Below are positions 10,135 through 19,019 of a DNA stretch of 64,000 nt, piece after piece; the first letter of the stretch is position 1, and each line of letters opens with the position of its first letter. The DNA comes from an uncultured Candidatus Saccharibacteria bacterium. Its GTDB lineage: Bacteria > Patescibacteriota > CALEFQ01 > G965231055. The DNA is taken from the NCBI GenBank assembly GCA_965231055.1, contig OZ246411.1, forward strand, positions 473,875 through 537,874, read 5' to 3'. The position numbers were made by a program, and so were the translations under genes. Below the pieces are notes generated by a model that was given only the letters and a program-made list of their open reading frames with translations, did not search any database and was not told the origin of the DNA.

Positions 10135-10980
10135 ATGTTTGTACAATATTTACCACAAATCATAATATTGGTAGCGCTCGTAGGGATAGTGATTTTTATA
10201 GTTAGAAAAGTTCCCAAAATCAAGGATCAGGTTGCTGAAGTAATTCCTGAAGCAGAGCCCTCATCTGTAGAGAAAAAAATCAAATCAAAGGCTTTTTGGG
10301 AAAAATTTAGAAAAATCATATCAGCTGTTTTTAGTGCTACTGCAAAAGGTGTTGTAGCTATCACAAAAGGTTTTGGTGCTGGATTTGCGATGATTAAAAA
10401 GGAGATAAACAAAAAACCCTTTATAAGAAAAGAGAAAGCTATAACAAATGTTGGGGAGTTTTCTGAAAATTCAAAGGATAATATGATGAGCAAAGCGAGT
10501 GCAGTGAAAAATGTTTTCAAAACTGCATTGGCAAAAAAATTGGATGAGGCAAGAAAATTAAAAGGTGAGGGAAAATTTCAAGAAGCAGAAAAAATTTATA
10601 TAGATCTAGTTGTTTCAAATCCAAAAAGTCCTAAACCATATGAAGAGTTGGGAAGGGTGTATATGGAAATGCAGAATTTCAAAGATGCTTCTGCGTCTTT
10701 TGAGCAAGCGATCTCACTTGGCACCAAAAACCAAAACAACATATATCCTCTTACTGCCAAATGTTTTTTCAAATCAGAGTTATATAAAAAAGCTTTGGAA
10801 TATGCTGAGCTGGCAATTGATGTTGATTCAAAAGATATAGAATCGCTCAAAGTAATAGTTGGCGTGCACAGGAGAAATAAAAATGAGATGCTTGAGCGTA
10901 TAGCTTTGGAAAAAATTGTGGCAATAAATCCGCAAGATAGCGAGTCGGTGTCCAGATTAAATACATTGAAGAGCATTTAG
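10135..10980 (+). CDS. Membrane-anchored tetratricopeptide-repeat protein
   Basis: N-terminal TM helix, then TPR-like repeats (EAEKIYIDLVVSNPKSPKPYEELGRVYMEMQNFKDASASFEQAISLG...). Confidence 0.65.
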   Translation: MFVQYLPQIIILVALVGIVIFIVRKVPKIKDQVAEVIPEAEPSSVEKKIKSKAFWEKFRKIISAVFSATAKGVVAITKGFGAGFAMIKKEINKKPFIRKEKAITNVGEFSENSKDNMMSKASAVKNVFKTALAKKLDEARKLKGEGKFQEAEKIYIDLVVSNPKSPKPYEELGRVYMEMQNFKDASASFEQAISLGTKNQNNIYPLTAKCFFKSELYKKALEYAELAIDVDSKDIESLKVIVGVHRRNKNEMLERIALEKIVAINPQDSESVSRLNTLKSI

Positions 10981-11063
10981 TTCACTTGCCAAAACTGCGA
11001 TTTTGTTTTATTTTTTGTTGCATAGGGTGATATGATGATTATTGATGTATTAAGTGCCAATAT

Positions 11064-11138
11064 GCCGACTTAGCTCAGTGGTAGAGCAGCTGTTTTGTAA
11101 ACAGCAGGTCATCGGTTCAAGTCCGATAGTCGGCTCCA
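11064..11138 (+). tRNA. tRNA-Thr (anticodon TGT)
   Basis: Cloverleaf folded by hand: acceptor GCCGACT/AGTCGGC, anticodon stem GCTGT/ACAGC, loop TTTGTAA, T-arm GGTTCAAGTCC, 3' CCA encoded. Confidence 0.85.
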
Positions 11139-11202
11139 CGTCGCCACTGCGTTCGAGTGGAATCAAGGCAAGGTGTAGTACATTTAAAAGCAAAATAATT
11201 CT

Positions 11203-11288
11203 GGGTAGGTACCAAAGCGGTCAACTGGGTCAGACTGTAAATCTGATGCCTCCGGGCTTCGGGGGTTCGAATCCCTCCCTACCCACCA
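11203..11288 (+). tRNA. tRNA-Tyr (anticodon GTA), with a long variable arm
   Basis: Acceptor GGGTAGG/CCTACCC, anticodon loop CTGTAAA, long variable arm, T-arm GGTTCGAATCC, CCA encoded. Confidence 0.85.
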
Positions 11289-11407
11289 TGAAGTTAGGTT
11301 TTAGGTTCTAGGTCATGACTTCTTAAACAATGCAGTATTAAAACTTATAACCTCACACCTAAAACCTACCATCTAACACCTAGCACCTATAACCTAACAC
11401 CTCGTAA

Positions 11408-11483
11408 GGGCAGTTGGCTCAGTTGGTAGAGCGTTCGCGTCACATGCGAAAGGTCATAGGTTCGAATCCTATACTGCCCACCA
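11408..11483 (+). tRNA. tRNA-Val (anticodon CAC)
   Basis: Acceptor GGGCAGT/ACTGCCC, anticodon stem TTCGC/GCGAA, loop GTCACAT, T-arm GGTTCGAATCC, CCA encoded. Confidence 0.8.
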
Positions 11484-11585
11484 CTGATTAGCTTTTAGGT
11501 TATAGGTTTTAGGTCGCGACTTCTTAAAAAACGCTTGGTGCTAAAACCTAAAACCTGACATCTAAAATCTAATACCTAGTAATTA

Positions 11586-11662
11586 GGCCGTTGTAGCTCA
11601 GATGGTAGAGCAACTCCATGGTAAGGAGTAGGTCCGCGGTTCAATTCCGCGCAACGGCTCCA
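11586..11662 (+). tRNA. tRNA-Thr (anticodon GGT)
   Basis: Acceptor GGCCGTT/AACGGCT, anticodon stem ACTCC/GGAGT, loop ATGGTAA, T-arm GGTTCAATTCC, CCA encoded. Confidence 0.8.
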
Positions 11663-11764
11663 CATAACTAGGTTTCAGGTGATAGGTTCTAGGGATCAGA
11701 AGAACTAGGAATTGGCGATTTCTTCTAATCCACCCAATTTATTAATTATTAATTGATATATATT

Positions 11765-11935
11765 ATGAGCAAGAGCAAAGAAAATCTAGTAGTTCTGAAA
11801 TGCACAAAGTGTAATGAAGAAAATTACCACACTTTTAAAAATCGCAAGCTTCATCAGGACAAACTTGAGTTAAACAAGTATTGTTCCAAGTGCAAGATTC
11901 ATACTCCTCACAAGGAGATTAAGAAAAAAGGATAA
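11765..11935 (+). CDS. rpmG: 50S ribosomal protein bL33
   Basis: MSKSKENLVVLKCTKCNEENYHTFKNRKLHQDKLELNKYCSKCKIHTPHKE: a four-Cys zinc-ribbon L33. The tracked ORF is trimmed to the ATG at 11765. The gene is embedded in the tRNA cluster. Confidence 0.88.
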   Translation: MSKSKENLVVLKCTKCNEENYHTFKNRKLHQDKLELNKYCSKCKIHTPHKEIKKKG

Positions 11936-11974
11936 TTGGTAAGGGCTATTAGCGATAAGCTAATAGCTTCTGTT

Positions 11975-12048
11975 AGGGGGCATGGTTTAGTGGTAGAACA
12001 CTGGTCTCCAAAACCAGGGATGTGGGTTCGATTCCTACTGCCCCCGCC
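11975..12048 (+). tRNA. tRNA-Trp (anticodon CCA)
   Basis: Acceptor GGGGGCA/TGCCCCC, anticodon stem CTGGT/ACCAG, loop CTCCAAA, T-arm GGTTCGATTCC, CCA encoded. Confidence 0.82.
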
Positions 12049-12135
12049 AGACGGTTTTGTGTTTATCTGTTTGTATTTGCTTTTTTTATTCAATAGTACT
12101 GGTTGAATTTTTAAAGCAGGATTTAAGTTTAATAC

Positions 12136-12225
12136 GGAGAGGTGGCAGAGTGGTCGATCGCGCTGGTTTTGAAAACCAGTGTCCACTTTTGTGGACCGGG
12201 GGTTCGAATCCCTCCCTCTCCGCCA
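12136..12225 (+). tRNA. tRNA-Ser (anticodon TGA), with a long variable arm
   Basis: Acceptor GGAGAGG/CCTCTCC, anticodon loop TTTGAAA, long variable arm (GTCCACTTTTGTGGACC), T-arm GGTTCGAATCC, CCA encoded. Confidence 0.85.
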
Positions 12226-12245
12226 GCAATATGATGCGGTAAATT

Positions 12246-12310
12246 TGGGTTCGAACTTGCTTGCGCAAGCAAGTCCCACCCCTGCCTACCGGAAGGCAGG
12301 CTCTCCGCCA
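12246..12310 (+). repeat. Degenerate duplicate of the tRNA-Ser 3' end (GGGTTCGAA...CTCTCCGCCA). It carries the 18-bp palindrome CTTGCTTGCGCAAGCAAG (12256-12273) inside the T-loop, plus a second hairpin insert.
   Basis: Direct comparison with the tRNA-Ser 3' end at 12199-12225. The same palindrome recurs at 49563-49580 and 59663-59680. Confidence 0.7.
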
Positions 12311-12529
12311 TTAACAAAGGATTTCACGGTTGAGCGTAAAAGAATAGTTAGTCTTTGAGATTAATCGAGAAAAGAAGTTTATAGTTTTTGAAAATTTATT
12401 TTTGAGATTTATGTATAGGTCATTCAGTAGTTTTGGAGGCCTTTTTTTGTTTGCCCATTCTTCATCTAGCTTTATATTTTTAGGTAAAAACGGTATAATT
12501 TAAGCAAATATACAATAATTAAATAACAT

Positions 12530-13336
12530 ATGAATTTTAAAGACAAGGTAGTGCTGATCACTGGGGCGGGGAGTGGAATAGGTAGAGAATTGGTTATGTC
12601 TTTGCTTGCTCGCGGATCAAAAATTATTGCTAGCGACATAAACGAAGCCAGCCTAGAAGAAACGAAAAAATTGGCAGGAAATATGGGGGATAGAGTTTCT
12701 ATTCATGTTTTAGATGTCGCTGATAAAACTTCCGTTGATGTATTTCCCGAAATGGCGATGAAGATTTTTGGGCAAGTTGACGCAGTGATAAACAATGCCG
12801 GAATTATTCAGCCATTTGTGAAAATAAACGAGCTTGATTATGAAGCGATAAACAGGGTAATGAATATAAATTTTTATGGCACACTTTTTATGACAAAGGC
12901 ATTTTTGCCGATTTTATTGAAACGTCCAGAGGCGTACATTGCCAATGTTTCTAGTATGGGAGGATTTTTGCCTGTGCCCGGACAAAGTGTTTATGGTGCA
13001 TCAAAGGCAGCAGTAAAATTGTTTACCGAAGGACTTTCTGCGGAGCTAGCAGATACCAATGTGCATGTGAGCGTGGTATTTCCAGGAGCTACTAAGACAA
13101 ACATAACAAAAAACTCAGGACTCAAAGAACCCAAGATGGAAAAAAATGAAAAGCAAAAAAGTTTTCCAATGCTCTCGGCAAAAGAGGCATCTGAGATAAT
13201 TTTAAAAGGCATGGAAAACAATAGTCCTAGAATCCTGGTTGGAAGTGATTCCAAATTCATGGATAAAATTTATAGATTAAATCCGGTATTTGCTAAGAAC
13301 TTCATAGCCAAGAAAATGAAGTCTTTATTGAATTAA
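12530..13336 (+). CDS. Short-chain dehydrogenase/reductase (SDR) family oxidoreductase
   Basis: TGAGSGIGRE Rossmann motif, NNAG and a YGASKAAV catalytic Tyr-x3-Lys. Confidence 0.88.
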   Translation: MNFKDKVVLITGAGSGIGRELVMSLLARGSKIIASDINEASLEETKKLAGNMGDRVSIHVLDVADKTSVDVFPEMAMKIFGQVDAVINNAGIIQPFVKINELDYEAINRVMNINFYGTLFMTKAFLPILLKRPEAYIANVSSMGGFLPVPGQSVYGASKAAVKLFTEGLSAELADTNVHVSVVFPGATKTNITKNSGLKEPKMEKNEKQKSFPMLSAKEASEIILKGMENNSPRILVGSDSKFMDKIYRLNPVFAKNFIAKKMKSLLN

Positions 13337-13348
13337 GTTATTATTTAC

Positions 13349-13489
13349 ATGAGAAGAAGCTGGTTTTTAGGATTTTTGGGTTTTATGTTTTTGCTAGGGA
13401 TTCCCGGAATTTTAACCCAGGATTGGCTTGATATGATTTGGCTTGTTTGGATAGTATGGTTTTTTTATTTCATTCCTCATAAAGAGTAG
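13349..13489 (+). CDS. Possible small hydrophobic protein (46 aa, MRRSWFLGFLGFMFLLGIPGILTQDWLDMIWLVWIVWFFYFIPHKE). Not in the ORF track because it is under 60 aa.
   Basis: Hand-found ORF in the intergenic region. It is strongly hydrophobic and Trp-rich. No homology could be assessed. Confidence 0.25.
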   Translation: MRRSWFLGFLGFMFLLGIPGILTQDWLDMIWLVWIVWFFYFIPHKE

Positions 13490-13581
13490 TAAATCAAGCA
13501 TAACGGGGTTTTCAAGTTTTAGTATTAGGTGTAGTATATTTTTTGTACAAATTTATTTTTTAAAAATCATAAATAAAAGCA

Positions 13582-14505
13582 ATGGAAAAGTATGATATCG
13601 CTATTGTTGGCACAGGAGCCGCGGGATTAACTGCCGCAATTTATTCGTGCCGATATAAAATGAAAACAGTCGTTTGTGGAGAACTGGCTGGCGGAACTGC
13701 CACCCTTGCTCACAAGATTGAGAATTATCCAGGAATCCCAAGTATCTCTGGGGTAGAGCTTATGCAAAATATGCAAAAACAGGTAGAGAGTTTTGGTGCA
13801 ACTATCGTAAATTCAAAAGTAAGTGGTGTAAAAAAAGCAGATAAAGAATTTGTGGTGAAGTGCGAAAACGGACAAGAATTCGAAGCCGCTACGGTTGTTT
13901 TGGCTACCGGATCAACGAGAAGAAAAATGAATATTCCTGGTGAAAAAGAATTCTTAGGAAAAGGAGTTAGCTATTGTGTCACTTGTGATGGACCATTTTT
14001 CAAAAACAAAGAAGTGGCAGTGATAGGCGGGGGAGATGCTGGGGTGACAGGAGCCCTGATGCTTTCAGAATACGCCAAAAAAATATATATTATTCATCGT
14101 GGTGATCAGTTCAAGGCTGAGCCAACTTGGGTTGAAAAAATGAAAGAAAGAGAAAACATAGAAACCATAATGAATACAAATACTTTGTCTTTTGAGGGCG
14201 ACGTGAAGCTTCAATACATTAAAATAGACAAACCACATAATGGCTCAGATCAGATCAAGGTGGATGGTGCTTTTATAGAAATAGGATCTATTCCTTCGAC
14301 TGAACTTGCTAAGAAAATGGGCGTCAAAATAAACGAAAGAGGAAGAATAATAGTTGACGAAAAACAGATGACTTCTATTTCAAATGTTTTTGCTGCGGGA
14401 GATGTGACTGATAATTCTTCTGAGTTTGACCAGATTACTACTGCTCTCGCTGAGGGTTCTATCGCGGCCTTTTCTGCGTATAAGAGGGTAAACGACAGTA
14501 AATAG
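13582..14505 (+). CDS. trxB: Thioredoxin-disulfide reductase
   Basis: FAD motif DIAIVGTGAAGLTAA, redox-active CVTCDG, and an NADPH motif VIGGGDAG. Confidence 0.88.
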   Translation: MEKYDIAIVGTGAAGLTAAIYSCRYKMKTVVCGELAGGTATLAHKIENYPGIPSISGVELMQNMQKQVESFGATIVNSKVSGVKKADKEFVVKCENGQEFEAATVVLATGSTRRKMNIPGEKEFLGKGVSYCVTCDGPFFKNKEVAVIGGGDAGVTGALMLSEYAKKIYIIHRGDQFKAEPTWVEKMKERENIETIMNTNTLSFEGDVKLQYIKIDKPHNGSDQIKVDGAFIEIGSIPSTELAKKMGVKINERGRIIVDEKQMTSISNVFAAGDVTDNSSEFDQITTALAEGSIAAFSAYKRVNDSK

Positions 14506-14515
14506 AAAATCTTCT

Positions 14516-15577
14516 ATGGATATAAAAACCAAGCTAAAAACTAATAAGGATAAAATTGATTCATTTTTTGATTCATTTTTTGATCAAAAAATGAAGACTA
14601 CCAAAAATCCTCTGGTGAAAAAAGCTATAAAAAGCGCCAAGGATTATGTAATGGGCGGAGGAAAGAGACTTAGATCTGCTCTTGTAATTGCTGGCTACCA
14701 ATGTTTTAGCGAAAAGCAGGATAAAGAAATTTTCAAAATAGCTTCTGCGATAGAAATGATTCATCACTATGTTTTGCTTATAGATGATTTTCAGGATAGA
14801 GCTACGATGCGACATGGAGTGAGCGCGCCCTCTGAAATTTTTGCCTCATATTTTTCAAATAAATTTGGACAAGAAGGCGCTAGACATTTTGGTGATTCTT
14901 TTCAGGTCAATCTCGCGCTCGTACTTAGTGCGTATGCTCATGAGATTTTTGCAAATTCCAAATTTGATTCAGAAAAAAAGAATAAGGCGCTATTGCACTT
15001 GAGCGAGATTTTGTATGCTACTGGTTATGGTCAGTTTGTTGATATAGAGCTAGGGCACAAAAAGACGGCTACGGAGAAAGATGTACTCAGCGTGCATGAT
15101 TTTAAAACTTCCAAATACACCATAGAAAATCCTTTGACGGTTGGAGCTATTTTGGCGGGTGCTAGTGAAAACGAAATAAAACAATTTGCCAAAATTTCAT
15201 TGTATTTGGGTAGAGCTTTCCAAATTCAAGACGACATACTTGGTGTTTTTGGTACAGAAGAAAAAATTGGTAAATCTGTAACTTCGGATATTGAAGAGGG
15301 AAAGAAAACTTTGCTTACGGTAAATGCAATGGAGAAGGGCACCAAGGATCAGAAAAAAACACTTCAAAATCTTTTGGGTAAAACCAATGTATCAAAAACA
15401 GATATGGAAAAAGTGAAGCGAATTATAATAGAGACAGGCTCTTTGGATTATTCCATTCGTTACGCAAAAAATCTTGCCAAAAAGGCAAAGGATTTGATAC
15501 TAAAAACGAATTTCAAAAAAGCTGGTAAAGATTTTCTTTTTGATGTAGCCACCTACATAGTAGAAAGAGATTTATAA
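14516..15577 (+). CDS. Polyprenyl diphosphate synthase (trans-isoprenyl diphosphate synthase family, IspA/GGPPS-like)
   Basis: First Asp-rich motif LLIDDFQD and second Asp-rich motif FQIQDDILG. Confidence 0.85.
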   Translation: MDIKTKLKTNKDKIDSFFDSFFDQKMKTTKNPLVKKAIKSAKDYVMGGGKRLRSALVIAGYQCFSEKQDKEIFKIASAIEMIHHYVLLIDDFQDRATMRHGVSAPSEIFASYFSNKFGQEGARHFGDSFQVNLALVLSAYAHEIFANSKFDSEKKNKALLHLSEILYATGYGQFVDIELGHKKTATEKDVLSVHDFKTSKYTIENPLTVGAILAGASENEIKQFAKISLYLGRAFQIQDDILGVFGTEEKIGKSVTSDIEEGKKTLLTVNAMEKGTKDQKKTLQNLLGKTNVSKTDMEKVKRIIIETGSLDYSIRYAKNLAKKAKDLILKTNFKKAGKDFLFDVATYIVERDL

Positions 15578-15582
15578 AATAC

Positions 15583-16419
15583 ATGCTAGTGTGTCTTGCT
15601 AAAAATGCTGGCTTTTGCGCAGGAGCAAAGCTTGCCATAAAAAAAGCCATGGATGCTAGTAAAAAATACCCCAAAAAAGTTTATATGCTTGGGGATATTT
15701 TGCATAATCAAACCGTAATAAATAAACTGGCAAAAGCGGGGATAAAAGTGGTTGAGAGTTTGGATGATATTCCTAAGGGCTCAGTTTTATTGATACGGGC
15801 TCACGGTTCTTCCGCCTCTGTTTTTTCTGACGCTATTGATATGGGTTTAACAATAGTTGACGCTACTTGTCCAATGGTTCAGGATATACATGACGAAGCT
15901 GTATTTTTTAGCGTAGAGGGCTACAAGGTGATCATTATAGGGGACAAGGGGCATGACGAAGTGATGGGTATAGCGGGAGATATTGAGAGGCCTATTATAG
16001 TTTCAGATATCAAGGATGCAAAGAGTGTCAAGGGTAAATTTAAAAAAGTCGGATTAGTGGTGCAGTCAACGCAAGAAAAAGAAAAAGTTTTGGAGATAGT
16101 AAAAGTTTTGAGAAAAAAATTTCCCAATTTGGTTTTTAAAAATACTATTTGCACCCCTACGCTTACGCATCAGAAGGAATTAAAAGAGTTGCCAAAGAAA
16201 AATGATGCGATGGTTATAATAGGATCAAAAAAATCAGCAAATACAAAGAGATTGTTTGAAATAGCAGTACGACTAAATCCTAAAACTTTCTGGATTGAAA
16301 CCGAGAAGGAAATTGATTCAAAGTGGTTTTCGGGGATTAAAAGTGTGGGAGTAACTGCCGGTGCATCTACGCCAGATGAAGTTATAAAAAAAGTTGTGAA
16401 GATTTTGAAAAAAATCTAA
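15583..16419 (+). CDS. ispH: 4-hydroxy-3-methylbut-2-enyl diphosphate reductase
   Basis: LytB/IspH signature (CAKNAGFCAGAKLAI, RAHGSS, VDATCPMVQ) with three Cys cluster ligands. Confidence 0.88.
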   Translation: MLVCLAKNAGFCAGAKLAIKKAMDASKKYPKKVYMLGDILHNQTVINKLAKAGIKVVESLDDIPKGSVLLIRAHGSSASVFSDAIDMGLTIVDATCPMVQDIHDEAVFFSVEGYKVIIIGDKGHDEVMGIAGDIERPIIVSDIKDAKSVKGKFKKVGLVVQSTQEKEKVLEIVKVLRKKFPNLVFKNTICTPTLTHQKELKELPKKNDAMVIIGSKKSANTKRLFEIAVRLNPKTFWIETEKEIDSKWFSGIKSVGVTAGASTPDEVIKKVVKILKKI

Positions 16420-16428
16420 TCATTTTTT

Positions 16429-17472
16429 ATGTACAAGCGAGTTAAAACCAAAAAAATAAAAGTAGGTTCTATGTATATTGGAGGTGATGCTCCTGTTTCT
16501 GTTCAGACTATGACCAACACCAAAACTTCTGATGTGTTTGCTACGGTGCGTCAGATACTGTCGGCAGAAAAAGCCGGGTGCGATCTTGTGAGAGTGGCTG
16601 TTCCCGACAAAGAGTCCGCCATGGCAATTTCCAAAATTAAAAAGCGCATCCACGTACCTCTAATAGCTGATATACATTTTGATTATAAACTTGCTTTGCT
16701 TTCTATGGAGCAGGGCATAGATAAGCTCAGAATAAATCCTGGGAATATAGGAGGTGACGATAAAGTTGCCAAAGTTGTTGCTCTCGCGAAAAAGAAAAAA
16801 ATTCCCATCAGGATAGGTGTGAACATGGGGTCACTCGAAAAAGAAATAGAGAAAAAATATGGAATGACCTCAAGAGCTATGGTTGAATCCGCCATGAGAC
16901 ATATCAAGATTTTGGAAAAACATGGGTTCAGAGATATTCTTATAGCCCTAAAAGCTAGCGATGTAATAAGGACCGTCGAGGCATATAAAATGCTTTCCAA
17001 GAAAGTAAACTATCCTTTACACTTGGGAATCACTGAGGCAGGAAATGTTTTTTCTGGAACTGTAAAATCTGCTGTGGGTTTGGGCTCTTTGCTTTTGGAT
17101 GGAATTGGAGACACGATAAGAGTTTCATTGACTGGTCCCATTAAAGAAGAAGTAAGAGTTGGAAAAGAAATATTGAAAAGCCTTGGTATTAGACAATATG
17201 GTCCGGAGATAATCAGCTGTCCTACTTGTGCGAGAAAATCTATCGATGTTGAAAAGCTCTCGAAGGAAGTTGAAAAAGCGTTAAAAGGCATTAAAAAACC
17301 AATAAAAGTTGCTGTGATGGGGTGCGTGGTAAATGGCCCTGGAGAGTCAAAAGAGGCCGATTTTGGGGTGACAGGCACAAATAGCTATGGTATCATCTAC
17401 GCACATGGAAAAATGGTTAAAAAGGTAGATAAAAAGCGTATTGTTAGCGAATTATTGAAGCTTATAGGATAA
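16429..17472 (+). CDS. ispG: 4-hydroxy-3-methylbut-2-en-1-yl diphosphate synthase (GcpE)
   Basis: IGGDAPVSVQTMTNTKT... and a C-terminal ISCPTCAR...GCVVNGPGE iron-sulfur motif. Confidence 0.9.
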   Translation: MYKRVKTKKIKVGSMYIGGDAPVSVQTMTNTKTSDVFATVRQILSAEKAGCDLVRVAVPDKESAMAISKIKKRIHVPLIADIHFDYKLALLSMEQGIDKLRINPGNIGGDDKVAKVVALAKKKKIPIRIGVNMGSLEKEIEKKYGMTSRAMVESAMRHIKILEKHGFRDILIALKASDVIRTVEAYKMLSKKVNYPLHLGITEAGNVFSGTVKSAVGLGSLLLDGIGDTIRVSLTGPIKEEVRVGKEILKSLGIRQYGPEIISCPTCARKSIDVEKLSKEVEKALKGIKKPIKVAVMGCVVNGPGESKEADFGVTGTNSYGIIYAHGKMVKKVDKKRIVSELLKLIG

Positions 17473-17501
17473 TTTTTACACTTTAGTTTTTGTGAAAACA
17501 T

Positions 17502-18242
17502 ATGGCAAAATCAAAGCATCTTGAAAATGTAGCAATACCCAAACATGTGGGAATTATTATGGATGGAAACAGGAGATGGGCATACAAAAATGGTAGCAAG
17601 GATTATATGCTCGGACACAAGAAAGGTGCAGAAAACCTAGACAATATAGTGAAGCATGCAGTTGATCTTGGAATCGAAGAGCTTACCGTATATGCTTTTT
17701 CAACTGAAAATATGGGACGAGCTAAGAGGGAAGTCAAGGATATTTTAGCTTTGATAAAATTGGTTTTGAAAAACAAGATGAAAATGATGCGACAAAATGG
17801 AGTGCGTATCCAATTTTTGGGTGAGTTAAAGGCATTGCCAGCATCTCTTCGCAAACTTTGCAATTACGCAATTAAAATTCTAAAGAAAAATCATAGAATC
17901 AAACTCAATATAGCATTGAACTATGGTGGGAGAGATGAAATCATCAATGCTTTTAAAAATATGATTAGTAAGGGCGTGAAGGCAGATGAAATAAACGAAG
18001 CTTTGGTTTCCCAAAATCTATACACTGGTAATTCTCCTGATCCAGATCTTATAATTAGAACTGGAGGAAACTTGAGGCTAAGTAATTTTCTAGTTTGGCA
18101 ATCAACTTATAGCGAACTTTATTTTACAGATACTCTGTGGCCAGATTTCAACGAAGTGGAATTTGACAAAGCACTTGCCGAATACGCAAATAGAAAAAGA
18201 ACATTTGGCAAAGCGCATGCCCTTGAGACGGTAAAACCGTAA
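17502..18242 (+). CDS. uppS: Isoprenyl transferase / undecaprenyl diphosphate synthase
   Basis: HVGIIMDGNRRWA and a C-terminal RTGG...RLSNFLVWQS motif. Confidence 0.9.
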   Translation: MAKSKHLENVAIPKHVGIIMDGNRRWAYKNGSKDYMLGHKKGAENLDNIVKHAVDLGIEELTVYAFSTENMGRAKREVKDILALIKLVLKNKMKMMRQNGVRIQFLGELKALPASLRKLCNYAIKILKKNHRIKLNIALNYGGRDEIINAFKNMISKGVKADEINEALVSQNLYTGNSPDPDLIIRTGGNLRLSNFLVWQSTYSELYFTDTLWPDFNEVEFDKALAEYANRKRTFGKAHALETVKP

Positions 18243-18504
18243 CGAGATTTTAGGCCGGAGAAATTAGTCGAACTAGAAGTATTAGAGGTTTTAGTGGGCT
18301 AGGCTGTTATCGGCAATCAGCTTTCGGCTTTTAGCAATCGACTATTAGTTCTCGGATTTTTTGTGAGCATCAATGCTTAATATTTAATCCTCCTATTCAG
18401 GAGGTTTTGTTTTATGCTAAAATGGATATATGAAGATTGGCTATTAGTAGTGTCGTACCTTAAAAACTATACTTTAGTTACGCTTATCTAGAAAGGAGGA
18501 GGAG

Positions 18505-18930
18505 ATGTGGTGGCAACGTTTAATAGAGACTTATCATAATTTGTTCAATGTTAAGTTTGCAATCATTTCGGCTATATTTAATAGTGCGATTGTGGTTGCG
18601 GTTAATTGGTCGTATGGCCCCGCGGAATTCTTAATGGCTGGTCTCGCGCAAGCTATATCTAGCTTTTTATCAACTGGAGTAACTGCGCGGATAGTGCAGC
18701 ATTTCTCACCCATTAAGTCGGTATTCGTTTCATACTTTTTTGGGAGTCTGATTCCCGCTACGCTCACTTTTTTTATGAGCTTTGTGATTCACTGGTGGAA
18801 TAATACTCCTGAATTACTTATCAGCTGTATTTTACCTACAGCAATTAGTTATACTACTAGTTACATAACCAACTTCATTACTCGTAGTGGCTATATGCTA
18901 CCTAGCAACTATCGAAAAGTGAAAAATTGA
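18505..18930 (+). CDS. Hypothetical small integral membrane protein (about 4 TM segments)
   Basis: 141-aa hydrophobic ORF with a strong upstream RBS (AAAGGAGGAGG). Confidence 0.5.
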   Translation: MWWQRLIETYHNLFNVKFAIISAIFNSAIVVAVNWSYGPAEFLMAGLAQAISSFLSTGVTARIVQHFSPIKSVFVSYFFGSLIPATLTFFMSFVIHWWNNTPELLISCILPTAISYTTSYITNFITRSGYMLPSNYRKVKN

Positions 18931-19019
18931 ACCCGCGCTGTCGTTTTCTTATGACGGTGCGGGTCCTTACTCTAGAAAAGCAAGAATTACTTTATAGTTT
19001 ATCGCTTAATGCTTATTAT

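Noticed and set aside
11289-11760. Degenerate heptamer repeats in the tRNA spacers as a possible CRISPR array
   Set aside because: The repeats are 6-7 nt and degenerate, with no regularly spaced unique spacers of 25-40 nt. They are arranged as inverted arms around the tRNAs, and there are no cas genes.
11054-12317. Tracked ORFs 11054..11311(+), 11908..12279(-), 12057..12242(+), 12086..12268(-) and 12129..12317(-)
   Set aside because: They overlap well-formed tRNA genes and the tRNA-like repeat. These are spurious frames through structured RNA.
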